64,000 bases of DNA from a virus. The stretch lies in the IMG/VR virus record IMGVR_UViG_3300045988_083604, positions 1 through 64,000 of that record. One strand, written 5' to 3'. How positions within the stretch are numbered: the stretch's first letter is position 1; the number at the start of each line of letters is the position of its first letter. The notes beneath the pieces were generated by a model. It was not told the DNA's origin. It saw nothing but the letters and a program-made list of their open reading frames with translations, and did not search any database. Both the position numbers and the translations under genes were made by a program. Of the stretch, positions 28,589 to 38,400 are shown one piece after another.

Positions 28589-29038
28589 ATGAAGAAGTAT
28601 ACTTTTAAACTCGATAACACCAAGAAGATTAACAATGAGTCAACTAACAACTATTCTAAGATTATTGATGATATTATATCTGCTAATATAATTAAGAATA
28701 ACCCTTATTTCGATAGTATTCCAAGTACAACGAAGAGTAAGACGATTAACATTGATATTCATCTCGGTAAGAAGTCTCCGAAGTATGATAAGAAGAGTTT
28801 TGATTATGGTGACATTTTCGATGCTCTTAAGACTATTTACAATTTGAAGAATGAGAAGCCTATGTACGACTTTAAGTTGTATGATGGTACTCCTGTGAAG
28901 ATATTCTCTGATGAGATTCAGATTGGTTATGATCTGATCCCACTTACTGGATTTACTCGTGAGTACTACAATTCTCTTTCTGAGAGTACGCGTAAGCATA
29001 TTATTGATATTACTATTGATATTCAGCGAGCAGCGTAA
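28589..29038 (+). CDS. hypothetical protein, 149 aa
   Basis: ORF track; antisense shadow ORF 28640..29059. Confidence 0.55.
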   Translation: MKKYTFKLDNTKKINNESTNNYSKIIDDIISANIIKNNPYFDSIPSTTKSKTINIDIHLGKKSPKYDKKSFDYGDIFDALKTIYNLKNEKPMYDFKLYDGTPVKIFSDEIQIGYDLIPLTGFTREYYNSLSESTRKHIIDITIDIQRAA

Positions 29039-29079
29039 TTGTAAATAGTGAACTAACAAATAAATAGATGCATTGACAC

Positions 29080-30652
29080 ATGAGCGGTTTTATATTACCT
29101 ACACAACCAATTCCAGCAGTTTCAACAAATCCTAAATTTTTAATTTTATATGGTCGTCCTAAAGCAGGAAAGACTAGTGCATTAGCACAGCTTCCTAATA
29201 ATCTAATTATAGATTTGGAAGGAGGATCACAATTTATAGACGCAATGGCAGTACAAGCCAGAAGTGTTGGAGATTTAGGAGAAATTGCACAAGCAATCAG
29301 AGCTAAAAACTCTGAAACAAAACATAATTTTTATAAGCATATAACAATAGACAATGCTACTCGATTAGAGGAGATGTGTTTACCGTATGCAAAGACACTC
29401 TGTAATAATGGAGCTTTAAATAGAAATATTTATAGAAAATTCCGTGAATTGCTGGAACCTCTTTCATTTGTCATAATATATAACAATAAGAAAGAAAATC
29501 AGCAGCATTTATGAAACAAGAAACTTTAAAAAAGTATATTGGTAAAACATGGGGTGTTTTAACTTGTTTAGGAATCGATCATGAAGATTACGATAAAGAC
29601 AAATAGAGAAAAAGAACATATTTTAAAGTAAAATGTTCTAGATGTGGTTCTGAATCTGTAGTTAGAGCTGATCGTTTCTTTGGAACATATGTTCCAAAAT
29701 CATGTACACATTGTGTAAATGATTTACAAGTTGAAACAGCAAATAAAAAGTATCCTAAAAATAGAAGATTATTAAATTCAAGAATATCAAAATACACACA
29801 TATAAGCAACAGAAAAGGAAAAACAGTAAAATCTTACTTATCAAAAATTGAAGCAGAAAAATTGCTTACTTCTAAGTGTTTTTATTGTGGAAAAGAAAAT
29901 GCAATGGGAATAGACAGAATAGATTCATCTAAAGATTATACTTTAGATAATTGTGTTTCGTGTTGCGGAATGTGTAATATTATGAAGAATAAATTTGATA
30001 TTGATGAATGGTTTTCTAAAATAGGAGAAATTTATAGAAATCATGTTGATAGATGTTCAACGACTATCTCGAAAGAGAGTACATCACAAGTTAATGGTGA
30101 TGGAAGTGCGGAACTTCTGACTGCCGCATAGGTAAAAGAAGATGATATAGTCTATTCTGCATAGTGATATGCAGCAGTTCATAAGAGAACGTATATAGTG
30201 TTACGAACTATATAGAATATAAAGATATGCAAACACCAATGGGAAAGAACTACAAAGGAGACGATGTACGTACTTTACCAAATGGTTCTGGATATATGTA
30301 TCTAAGACAAGCTGTACGCAAAGTTTTAGATATGTTTAAGAGTCTTTGTGATGAATTTATTTTAATTGGACACGTGAAAGATGTTCAAATAGAACAAAAC
30401 GGAGAAGAGCTTAATCAGATGGCATTGGATCTTGTTGGAAAACTAGGATCTATTGTATGTGGTGAAGCAGATGCTGTGGGATATGTTTATAGAAAAGGTA
30501 ACGAAACTCACATAAGCTTTAAAGGCGGTGATGGTACCATTAAAGAAGCCAGAGCACCTCATCTTAGAGGCAACGATATTGTTATCGCAACTGGTAATGA
30601 AGATGGAACTATTACTACTTATTGGGACAGAATTTTTAAATCAGAAAACTAA
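29080..30652 (+). CDS. Sak4-like AAA_24 ATPase (RecA-like), split gene: join(29080..29401,30225..30652) gives 249 aa
   Basis: Exon 1 has Walker A YGRPKAGKTS, DLEGGS and Walker B ITIDNAT. Exon 2 continues the family (ILIGHVKD...). The proposed splice keeps the frame (322+428=750 nt) and gives the junction AKTL-Y-MQTPMGK. Confidence 0.7.
29402..30224 (+). mobile_element. group I intron (about 823 nt) carrying an HNH homing endonuclease gene
   Basis: 5' exon ends in U and the intron ends in G. P1 cucU/Ggag with a U-G wobble (29398-29401 with 29410-29413). R element gttcaacgactatc (30055-30068) and S element aagatgatatagtc (30139-30152) give P7 gacta/tagtc. P9-like hairpin ctgcata/tatgcag. Confidence 0.75.
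29511..30131 (+). CDS. intron-encoded HNH endonuclease, 206 codons with one in-frame TAG at 29604..29606
   Basis: Hand translation: the frame is open from ATG 29511 to TAG-free stop TAG? no, to stop at 30129..30131, except for one internal TAG. C-terminal CFYCGK...IDRID...NCVSCCGMCNIMKNK HNH core; the ORF track shows only 29862..30131. Confidence 0.65.
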
Positions 30653-30660
30653 TAGAAGAT

Positions 30661-31251
30661 ATGTTTAGTACTAAAACAGCTGTATTTGACAGTTCAAACA
30701 AATATATGAACGCCGGTATTAATGACAACGTAACTCTTAAAGAAGTAAATGTCTTGAAATCTCCAAACGGGCGTGATTACCTTGAGATAATATTTGAGGA
30801 TGCTGATGGAGCAATAGCCTCTCTTACAGAGTGGAAAAATGAGAAGAATGCGTGGATTAAAACTGATGAAGAACGTCAAAATCGTGATAATCAGCAATTC
30901 GGACGAATGCTTCAAATTCTCAAATGTTATTTTGAAACTATTGAAGATGTAGAACTTAACACATTTGTCGATATGATAACATGGGTTAAGAGTAAACTTG
31001 ATACTGTAATAAGTGGAAAGAAGCTTCTACGTCTTAAAACAACATACGATAACAAAGGTTTTATTCGTGTATCAACTTATGGTATATTTGTAGAACCAAT
31101 GGATGTTGAAGAAACTCAGATAGTATTAACAGGTCGTGATAAGACAGTACGACCAGAAATAAAAGTAGATACTGAAATACCTACTAATCTGCTTGGTAAT
31201 ACCACTCCAGACAATACTATTGAAGCAGTAAAGCGCGATCTACCGTTTTAA
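30661..31251 (+). CDS. hypothetical protein, possibly ssDNA-binding
   Basis: ORF track; position between the recombinase-like ATPase and the primase; acidic C-terminal tail; weak inference. Confidence 0.35.
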   Translation: MFSTKTAVFDSSNKYMNAGINDNVTLKEVNVLKSPNGRDYLEIIFEDADGAIASLTEWKNEKNAWIKTDEERQNRDNQQFGRMLQILKCYFETIEDVELNTFVDMITWVKSKLDTVISGKKLLRLKTTYDNKGFIRVSTYGIFVEPMDVEETQIVLTGRDKTVRPEIKVDTEIPTNLLGNTTPDNTIEAVKRDLPF

Positions 31252-31538
31252 TGTAGATCTGGTGGAGCGTTGACTCCAGTCAACTAAGAATGGTAAATAT
31301 GAACTATGGGAGGATCGCAACCTCCTACCATTCCACATGAAGCTCTATAAAGTCGACGTGAGGAGCAACGTAACACACAGGTTTTCTAATCGATGTAAAT
31401 CTAGCCCTGTTTCCAAGCGTATCTTGGATGTGTTCTGACACATGTGTGTATGTCAGGGAGAATGGCACAATTGCAAAGGGTGCATAGAAAGTTCGATTCT
31501 TTCCATTCTACATATATTTAGAGCTAAAAGCCAATAAT
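31252..31538 (+). ncRNA. ORF-free structured region ending in a T-arm-like hairpin, upstream of the primase gene
   Basis: Hairpins gaatggta/taccattc enclosing ggagg-atcgcaa-cctcc; ccaag-cgtat-cttgg; ctgaca/tgtcag; T-arm-like gaaag-ttcgatt-ctttc followed by cattcta. Confidence 0.3.
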
Positions 31539-32522
31539 ATGTATAGTACAAAAAAAGCTACAATTGATACATCTTTACGAGATATCATAGAGATGTTAGA
31601 CGATTACGATATCTACTCATATTATATCGGATCTTTTAAAATAAATAAACTTATGAATAGTCCTCTACGCAATGATGATAGAAATCCATCATTTGCAGTA
31701 TTTGTAGGACGAGAAGGTCGTTTGTTTTTTAAAGATCATGGCAGTGGAGTAGGTGGAAACGCTATAACGTTTGTAAAAACTATTTGTAATATACAATCAA
31801 AAGAAGAATTAGAAAAAGAACTTCTAAGGATTTTGCGAAAACAGAATCCTAATAAAGTAAAAAGGGTTAATATAAAGAAATACGAATCTGCTCACAATAC
31901 TGTAATTGGTATTGCTAGACAACCGTTTACTAATACTGATTTACAGTATTGGGGGCAGTTTCATATTTCTAAATCTACTCTTGACAAATACCGTGTTTTT
32001 AGTATAAAATATTTTCTTTGTAATGGAACCGTCAGAGGAGTCTACAAAGAAACCTGTCCTATGTATGCGTATAAAGTGTTCGATAGATTTAAAATTTATA
32101 GACCTTTAGCTTCCAAGTATACTAAATGGCGTTCTAATCTGACAAATTACGACGTTCAGGGGCTTGCTGAAATACCTCAGGGAGGAGGCGATCTTCTCAT
32201 CATTACAAAATCTTTAAAGGATGTAATGACTCTATATGAGATGGGATACAATGCTATTGCTGCATCTAGTGAAACAACATTCATTCCGGATGAGATATTG
32301 AATAAACTTCAAACAAAATGGAAGACAATTCTCATTTTATATGATAGAGATGTAACAGGAATGAAAAAAGCTAGAGATTATAGTAGAAAATATCATTTTG
32401 ATGCATTTTTTATTAATAAGAGATTTAAAGCAAAAGATATTTCAGACGCGGTAAAAAATAATTCTTATAATGATGTAAAACAATGGTTAAATAAAGAATT
32501 ACGACGTTATGACAACCTCTAA
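31539..32522 (+). CDS. DNA primase (DnaG/TOPRIM type)
   Basis: Degenerate zinc-binding region SPLRNDDRNPSFAVF; TOPRIM-like LLIITKSLKDVMTL and LYDRDVTG. Confidence 0.7.
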   Translation: MYSTKKATIDTSLRDIIEMLDDYDIYSYYIGSFKINKLMNSPLRNDDRNPSFAVFVGREGRLFFKDHGSGVGGNAITFVKTICNIQSKEELEKELLRILRKQNPNKVKRVNIKKYESAHNTVIGIARQPFTNTDLQYWGQFHISKSTLDKYRVFSIKYFLCNGTVRGVYKETCPMYAYKVFDRFKIYRPLASKYTKWRSNLTNYDVQGLAEIPQGGGDLLIITKSLKDVMTLYEMGYNAIAASSETTFIPDEILNKLQTKWKTILILYDRDVTGMKKARDYSRKYHFDAFFINKRFKAKDISDAVKNNSYNDVKQWLNKELRRYDNL

Positions 32523-32931
32523 AGGAAGGGTAAGAAATGCGACAAAGGTCAGTAAGTATGGAATAAATTTCAGGTCTAAACTTGAATGTTATACTTATGA
32601 AGCTTTTATGAATGCAGGAATTCCTGTACAATATGAGCCAAAGCATTTCACATTATTACCTAAATTTGAGTACTTAAATGAAAAAATACGTCCTATAACA
32701 TATTTACCTGATTTTATAGGTAAAGATTTTATTGTAGAGTGTAAAGGTCTTATGGGAGATTCATTCCCATTAAGATATAAATTGTTTAAGTATTATTTGA
32801 AAAAACATCGAAGTAAAAAACGATGTTATCTTGTGAGAAATCACAAGCAAGTTGATGAAATGATAAAAGACATTAAATGCAATTATGAGTCAGTTTGTAA
32901 GAATAGAAAACGAGATTGTTCCGAAACCTAA
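32509..32931 (+). CDS. PD-(D/E)XK nuclease (DUF1064-like)
   Basis: Motif YLPDF...IVECKG. Confidence 0.55.
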   Translation: MTTSKGRVRNATKVSKYGINFRSKLECYTYEAFMNAGIPVQYEPKHFTLLPKFEYLNEKIRPITYLPDFIGKDFIVECKGLMGDSFPLRYKLFKYYLKKHRSKKRCYLVRNHKQVDEMIKDIKCNYESVCKNRKRDCSET

Positions 32932-33676
32932 AGGAATAGATTATGATTTGATTAATGGTAAGTGTTATTGCTTAATTAGAAAAGATGACTGGGATGGTAC
33001 TCTATTTCTAAAAGAAGAAAATACTGTAAAATTAGCAACAGATCATATATATGAATCGAAACAAGATGCCTTGTTCAAACAGAGAGTTATTAACAATTTT
33101 AACTCTTCTGAAAAAACAACGGGTGTATTGCTTGCAGGATTGAAAGGTTCTGGAAAAACATTAGCAGCTAAATTGTTATGTAAACAAGCAAATCTACCTA
33201 TTATTATCGTAGATCCATCATTTAGTTCTAGAGATCTAAATAGATTCTTTACGTCATTTAATACTCCTGTTGCGATTATCTTTGATGAAGTAGATAAAAA
33301 TACTGATAAAAGATGGGACACTGCCCAAATGCTGAGTTTTCTTGATGGAATGCAAGATACAGGTAAAAAACTCGTAGTATTTACATGTAATGAGACAAAA
33401 TCATTAGATGAAAATCTATTAGATAGATGTAGTCGTATTCGTTATTATAAATGCTATAAAGCATTGGATCGCGATACTGTAAAACTTATTATTGATGATA
33501 TTATTAAAGATGATAGAGATACAGTAATACTATTAGATTTTATAATGAATTATATAAAAACTGTAAATTATGATAATATTATATCTTTTGTAAAAGAGGT
33601 ATATGAATATTGTGATGAAATTACAGAAGATTCATTAATGGATCTAATTAAAGATATGAACATTGAAACTATTTAA
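32885..33676 (+). CDS. AAA+ ATPase
   Basis: Walker A GLKGSGKTLAAK, Walker B IIFDEVDK, sensor-like FTCNE. Confidence 0.7.
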   Translation: MSQFVRIENEIVPKPKGIDYDLINGKCYCLIRKDDWDGTLFLKEENTVKLATDHIYESKQDALFKQRVINNFNSSEKTTGVLLAGLKGSGKTLAAKLLCKQANLPIIIVDPSFSSRDLNRFFTSFNTPVAIIFDEVDKNTDKRWDTAQMLSFLDGMQDTGKKLVVFTCNETKSLDENLLDRCSRIRYYKCYKALDRDTVKLIIDDIIKDDRDTVILLDFIMNYIKTVNYDNIISFVKEVYEYCDEITEDSLMDLIKDMNIETI

Positions 33677-33829
33677 CAATGGATATTATCGAAGAAGGAA
33701 AGATACGAAAAGAAATAAACGATGTTAAAAATCAAGTGTATTCTGCAGTAGCAAGTAATGACCCTAAAACAGTCATGAAGCTTATTTGTAGAATACAAGA
33801 ATTAGATCATCGATTATACGATAACAGAA

Positions 33830-34804
33830 ATGATGAATATTGATATTCCTTATTATGAGGATAAATCTCGAATAAATAATACGGCAATAGGGTGGTTTCT
33901 TAATCGGGGACCATCCTATTTTCGTAAAAAAATGTCTGGTGAAATTCCAGATGAAGAATCACGAGCTATGAGCAAAGGAACCATGATTCATATGTGGCTT
34001 TTGCAACCAGATGAGTTTAAGAAACATTATCGAGTTTCAGGTATGCAGAAACCTAAATCTCAGCAACAGGAGAAATTCTGTCAAGAGTTGGTTAATACGA
34101 CTGAAATAGAGCCTGATTTAGCTCTTCTAGACGCTTATAAGAAGGTGTATAGTATAGTTGGTAAGTCTGAAGCTAAAATGCTCTCAGAAGCGAAGGAAAT
34201 AGCCTCTACGTTGAATTCTTATATCGAATCACTTAAAGATACAGAACATACATATATTACACAGTATGATATGAAGTTGTTATGGTCTATTAAGCAGAAT
34301 ATAAACAATCATGTAGCGGCAAAACCTTTATTAGATGATCCTGATGCGCACCATGAGTTTCATATAAATTGGGATTTCCCAACAGATGACGGTCGTGCGC
34401 TATGTAAATCTCTCTTGGATAGTGTTAAGTTTGACACTGAAAAGAAAGAGTGTACAATAATGGATCTTAAGACAACTGTACATATACATAATTTTGAAAA
34501 AAGTGTAGAAGAATATGACTATTTTAGGCAATTTATGTTTTATCGTTTGGCTGCAGAATGGTATATACGAAACGAACTACACCAAGATAGTAAAGGGTGG
34601 ACATTTAGGGTCTACATAATTGCTATCGATACAGTGTCTGACAACGAAGTGAGGGTATTTGAGTTTACTCCGGAACAGCTTGAATCTCGTTTCGCTGACA
34701 TTAAGTCCGTTATATGTGATATAATGTGGTGTATTAAAACAGGTAACTGGGCACATACTCGTGATTATTATAGAAATAAAGGTATAGAATATTTGAATCT
34801 TTGA
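33830..34804 (+). CDS. PD-(D/E)XK exonuclease (RecB/YqaJ-like)
   Basis: ORF track; D...MDLKT motif region and conserved H/E upstream; by eye only. Confidence 0.5.
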   Translation: MMNIDIPYYEDKSRINNTAIGWFLNRGPSYFRKKMSGEIPDEESRAMSKGTMIHMWLLQPDEFKKHYRVSGMQKPKSQQQEKFCQELVNTTEIEPDLALLDAYKKVYSIVGKSEAKMLSEAKEIASTLNSYIESLKDTEHTYITQYDMKLLWSIKQNINNHVAAKPLLDDPDAHHEFHINWDFPTDDGRALCKSLLDSVKFDTEKKECTIMDLKTTVHIHNFEKSVEEYDYFRQFMFYRLAAEWYIRNELHQDSKGWTFRVYIIAIDTVSDNEVRVFEFTPEQLESRFADIKSVICDIMWCIKTGNWAHTRDYYRNKGIEYLNL

Positions 34805-34975
34805 ATCTAAAAATATTTTAATTATGAACAATACTAAAGATACTAAAGATACAACAGTATTAGTCGAAAATCCAATTGATAATGAATTGATTATAACAGA
34901 TCAAAATGAAGAGCTTCAGATTGGAGCAGAAGTAGATTTGGAAGAATTTTTATCATTAATTGGAATTAAATTGTA

Positions 34976-35368
34976 ATGTTTTTAAAAGACTTTGATCTAA
35001 ACAAATACAATAAAAATTTATATTTATTGAGTGATTTGTGTATATCTAATAAAAATATAATAATATCAAATGCTTTAAAAGATGTTGATATATCATATTG
35101 CGGCATAAATTCTGTATTCGTATTATATTATAATATGGATTTATTAGATATAAAGCATTTAATAAATATGAAAATAAATTTTGAAAAAGAAAAAAACATA
35201 CGTAATATATCAATTATTGGAAATGTATTACGTATTGTTTTTACAATACCTCAAAAATATATGCTTGACTATAGGTTACGTATTAAATATGGTATAAAGT
35301 ATATAAATAAAACAGCATTGCAAAAAATGATGTTATTTTGGGGAGAATATAATTATTCATTTTCATAA
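34976..35368 (+). CDS. hypothetical protein, 130 aa
   Basis: ORF track; last gene of the plus-strand block. Confidence 0.5.
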   Translation: MFLKDFDLNKYNKNLYLLSDLCISNKNIIISNALKDVDISYCGINSVFVLYYNMDLLDIKHLINMKINFEKEKNIRNISIIGNVLRIVFTIPQKYMLDYRLRIKYGIKYINKTALQKMMLFWGEYNYSFS

Positions 35369-35384
35369 ATTTACATTTACAAAG

Positions 35385-35417
35385 AAACCCGAGCAGCTTA
35401 TAAAGCTGTCCGGGTTT
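35385..35417. terminator. bidirectional terminator hairpin between convergent gene blocks
   Basis: aaacccgagcagctt-ata-aagctgtccgggttt, flanked by A-tract and T-tract. Confidence 0.7.
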
Positions 35418-35421
35418 TATT

Positions 35422-38400
35422 TTATTCTTTTTGTTTATACATTTGATTTTGTACATATTTACGTTTAGCATATGAATTATCCCATTGTTCTTTAAGGTTT
35501 TTAAAAGGTGTTAATTTCATTAACGCTCTTTCTTTTTTAGTCCAACCTTCGTATACACCAGTTTGTACAATTTCGTTATTTTCTTCACTATCACTAAAAG
35601 CACTCTTGACGTTTGAGAACATGTTCCATAGAGAATTTTCAGGAGTTTTATAACTGTTAAAACTGTCTGCGAAAACATTTAAACCATCCCAAACAGAAGT
35701 CATAGCTGTTGGTGATTTCATAGTATTAAGCATATCTGCAAATCGATATTGGTTAAACGACTCCCATCTAAATGAGATAGCTATATATGCTATAAGCTAT
35801 AGTAATTTATTATCCTTATCGTCGTCAGCTTTATGTAATAATAACGAAACTAATGGAGATATTAATAGATTATAAATCATAACTTCCGCAAAAACACGTT
35901 TAACAGCCTATCTGTTGATAGGATCTGCAAATGTTTCAGCGATTTGTGCTTTCAATCCGTGTTTTATACCACCGAAGAAAGCTTTTATTTTCTAAGACAA
36001 AGAAATATCTGAAATATTTATCGCTTCTTTATTTAAAAGTCTTATTGCTTGAATACCGTCTTTATATGGATTAATCAATAAATCAGCGACCGCTCTTATA
36101 CCACCATAAGTGTATTGCTACATTTCTAAGTTATATTGTTTTGCACCAAAATACTACTGTATAAGTGGCTGCAAATACTGTTTATGCATCATTATCGCCT
36201 ATCCAGCCATACCTGTCATAAAAGCGGCTTTTTGTGTAGGATTCATAACACCATCTGCACGAGCAGCATAATTCTATGCACGTTTCTGTATATAGAAAAA
36301 TGATTTATCAACTGCGTTTTTATATTCAGACGGTATATTGAACATATTTAACCTATTACCTGTTCTGTGCGCTTCTTTTAATACTTGTAAAAATGTTTTT
36401 CCATCTTTCCATTTTTTGAGAGCTTCTTGATATTCATCTCCGCCATCTATAGAGTTTTTATCGGCATATAATCTACGTAAATCATCTTTTGATATAAATT
36501 TACCGTCAAAAAATCTATGGGCTGCTAGAGTAGCATCTAATATAGTACCTTTTGATAAATAATCAGCTGTTGTTAGTCCGCCAAATGCCCAGTTTTCCAT
36601 AATTTGATTTACAAGAATATTTCTATCTGTATGTTTGTATTTTTTTTCAGATTGATCTGCGAGATTGAAAAGTTCCATTAGATTTTGTTGAAAAAGTCTT
36701 GAATTTTGACTAATTATTCTAGCACCAAATCTGGAATTTATTAAAGATCCCAACATTTCAGCATTAGCTACGCCCCATTCTTTTAATCCATATTCTTTCC
36801 CAGTGACTGCATTCATTATCCCAGAATAATATGCTGTAGCAAAACCAACAGTTGCAACCTTAATACTACAACCTAAGTTTATCAATGTAGTCCATGCTTT
36901 TGCATATTTAAATGGTTTATTTATATTAAAACTTCCAATTTCAGATTTGTCTTCACGTTGATCATAAAGGTTCATATTTAAAAACTTACGTGCCATCTAA
37001 TAAGTATTTGTTTCAAGTCCACTTTTTACAAATCTTGTACCTATAAATTTACGACGTGATATTAAATCTAATATCGTTTCACACTGATCTTTTATATTTG
37101 TTTTTTCTTTATACTGTTGACCTTTTGCGTAATACTGTGATATTATGCCAACTAGATCTGTACTTATCTAAGTAGGATTTTTTAATGCGGCAGTGTACGG
37201 TTGTGGAATAAAACTCAATTGATGTCCATCCGGTCTAGTTGCAGCCTATCTGTTCATATCAATATCCTTTTCTGTAGTTATAAATAATCGACCAATACGA
37301 TCTTTAAATAAAGATTTCCATTTTCCACCACGAGATCGTTTTATCATATTTTTCCAATCAGTTCCAGTTATTCCAGGAAGCTAATAATCATTTTTAAATG
37401 GTATATTAGAATATATCTCATTTGTTTCATGTATAGTATTTATTACTTCATTATACAAATTTTTTAATGTTTGGCTACTTTGTACACTCTCGTACGCTTT
37501 TGAATTATCGTAAGAGAATTTTACTCCGTTGTATATACCATTTATTTTTGGAATATACGTTTCATTTTCGTCCGGTTTGAATTTTTTATCTAAAAATGAT
37601 GATTCAGGATCTTGTTCTATATAATTATCCCCGGGCGCAACCTCAACATATTTATCATAATCTTTAGGTACTATTTTTGTATAAAACTAATAAGGTGTAA
37701 ATTTTTCAAGAATTCCACCCATACCATCGTCATACAATTTTAAAAATCCATGAGTAACAAGAAATTTTTTAACGTTTGTATTTTCATCATCTTGTATTGA
37801 TAATATACCATTTTTCGACTGTTCCTACATATCCAAACGCCGTGCTTCAGCTAACATATCCGCGAACTGCTAAGTCCATTTTATATCGTAATATTCTTTG
37901 CCTAGTTCTGATAATTTTTTGCGAATACGTTTTTTTAATGTTGTCTTACTATCTTTTAATATTTTACCATTTTCTTTTTGTAATGCTATAACTTTTTGTT
38001 TTATTAATTCTGGTAAAATATTAGCATCGACATCACCAGTATCTAATCTACGGTATGGTGCAAGCATTTTATTTATACGATCCTTGTTCTTTTTATATGT
38101 ACTGTCTCCATCCAAAAGATCTTCTATCTGTTTATCCGTAAATCCATTTTTCTCTAAAAGTTCTATTTTTGCCTTACGGATATCGTCAAATAATTTTATA
38201 GTACCATCGTCATTTAGTTTAAATTGTGTTTTACTATTACGTTCATCCCACTCGTCTAATTTTTTCCAATCGAAATTAATGTTAGAACGACCTTTTTCCA
38301 TTTCTTCTAATCCGCCACACTCAGCAATTACTTTATTTCTTAATGTTTGCCATTTATTGGTATTTCGCTTTGCTTTATTTCCATCATATAATGACTTATT

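Noticed and set aside
31309-31325. Anticodon-arm-like hairpin ggagg-atCGCaa-cctcc suggesting tRNA-Ala
   Set aside because: It is the tip of a long hairpin closed by gaatggta/taccattc. No D arm or adjacent T arm is in tRNA register.
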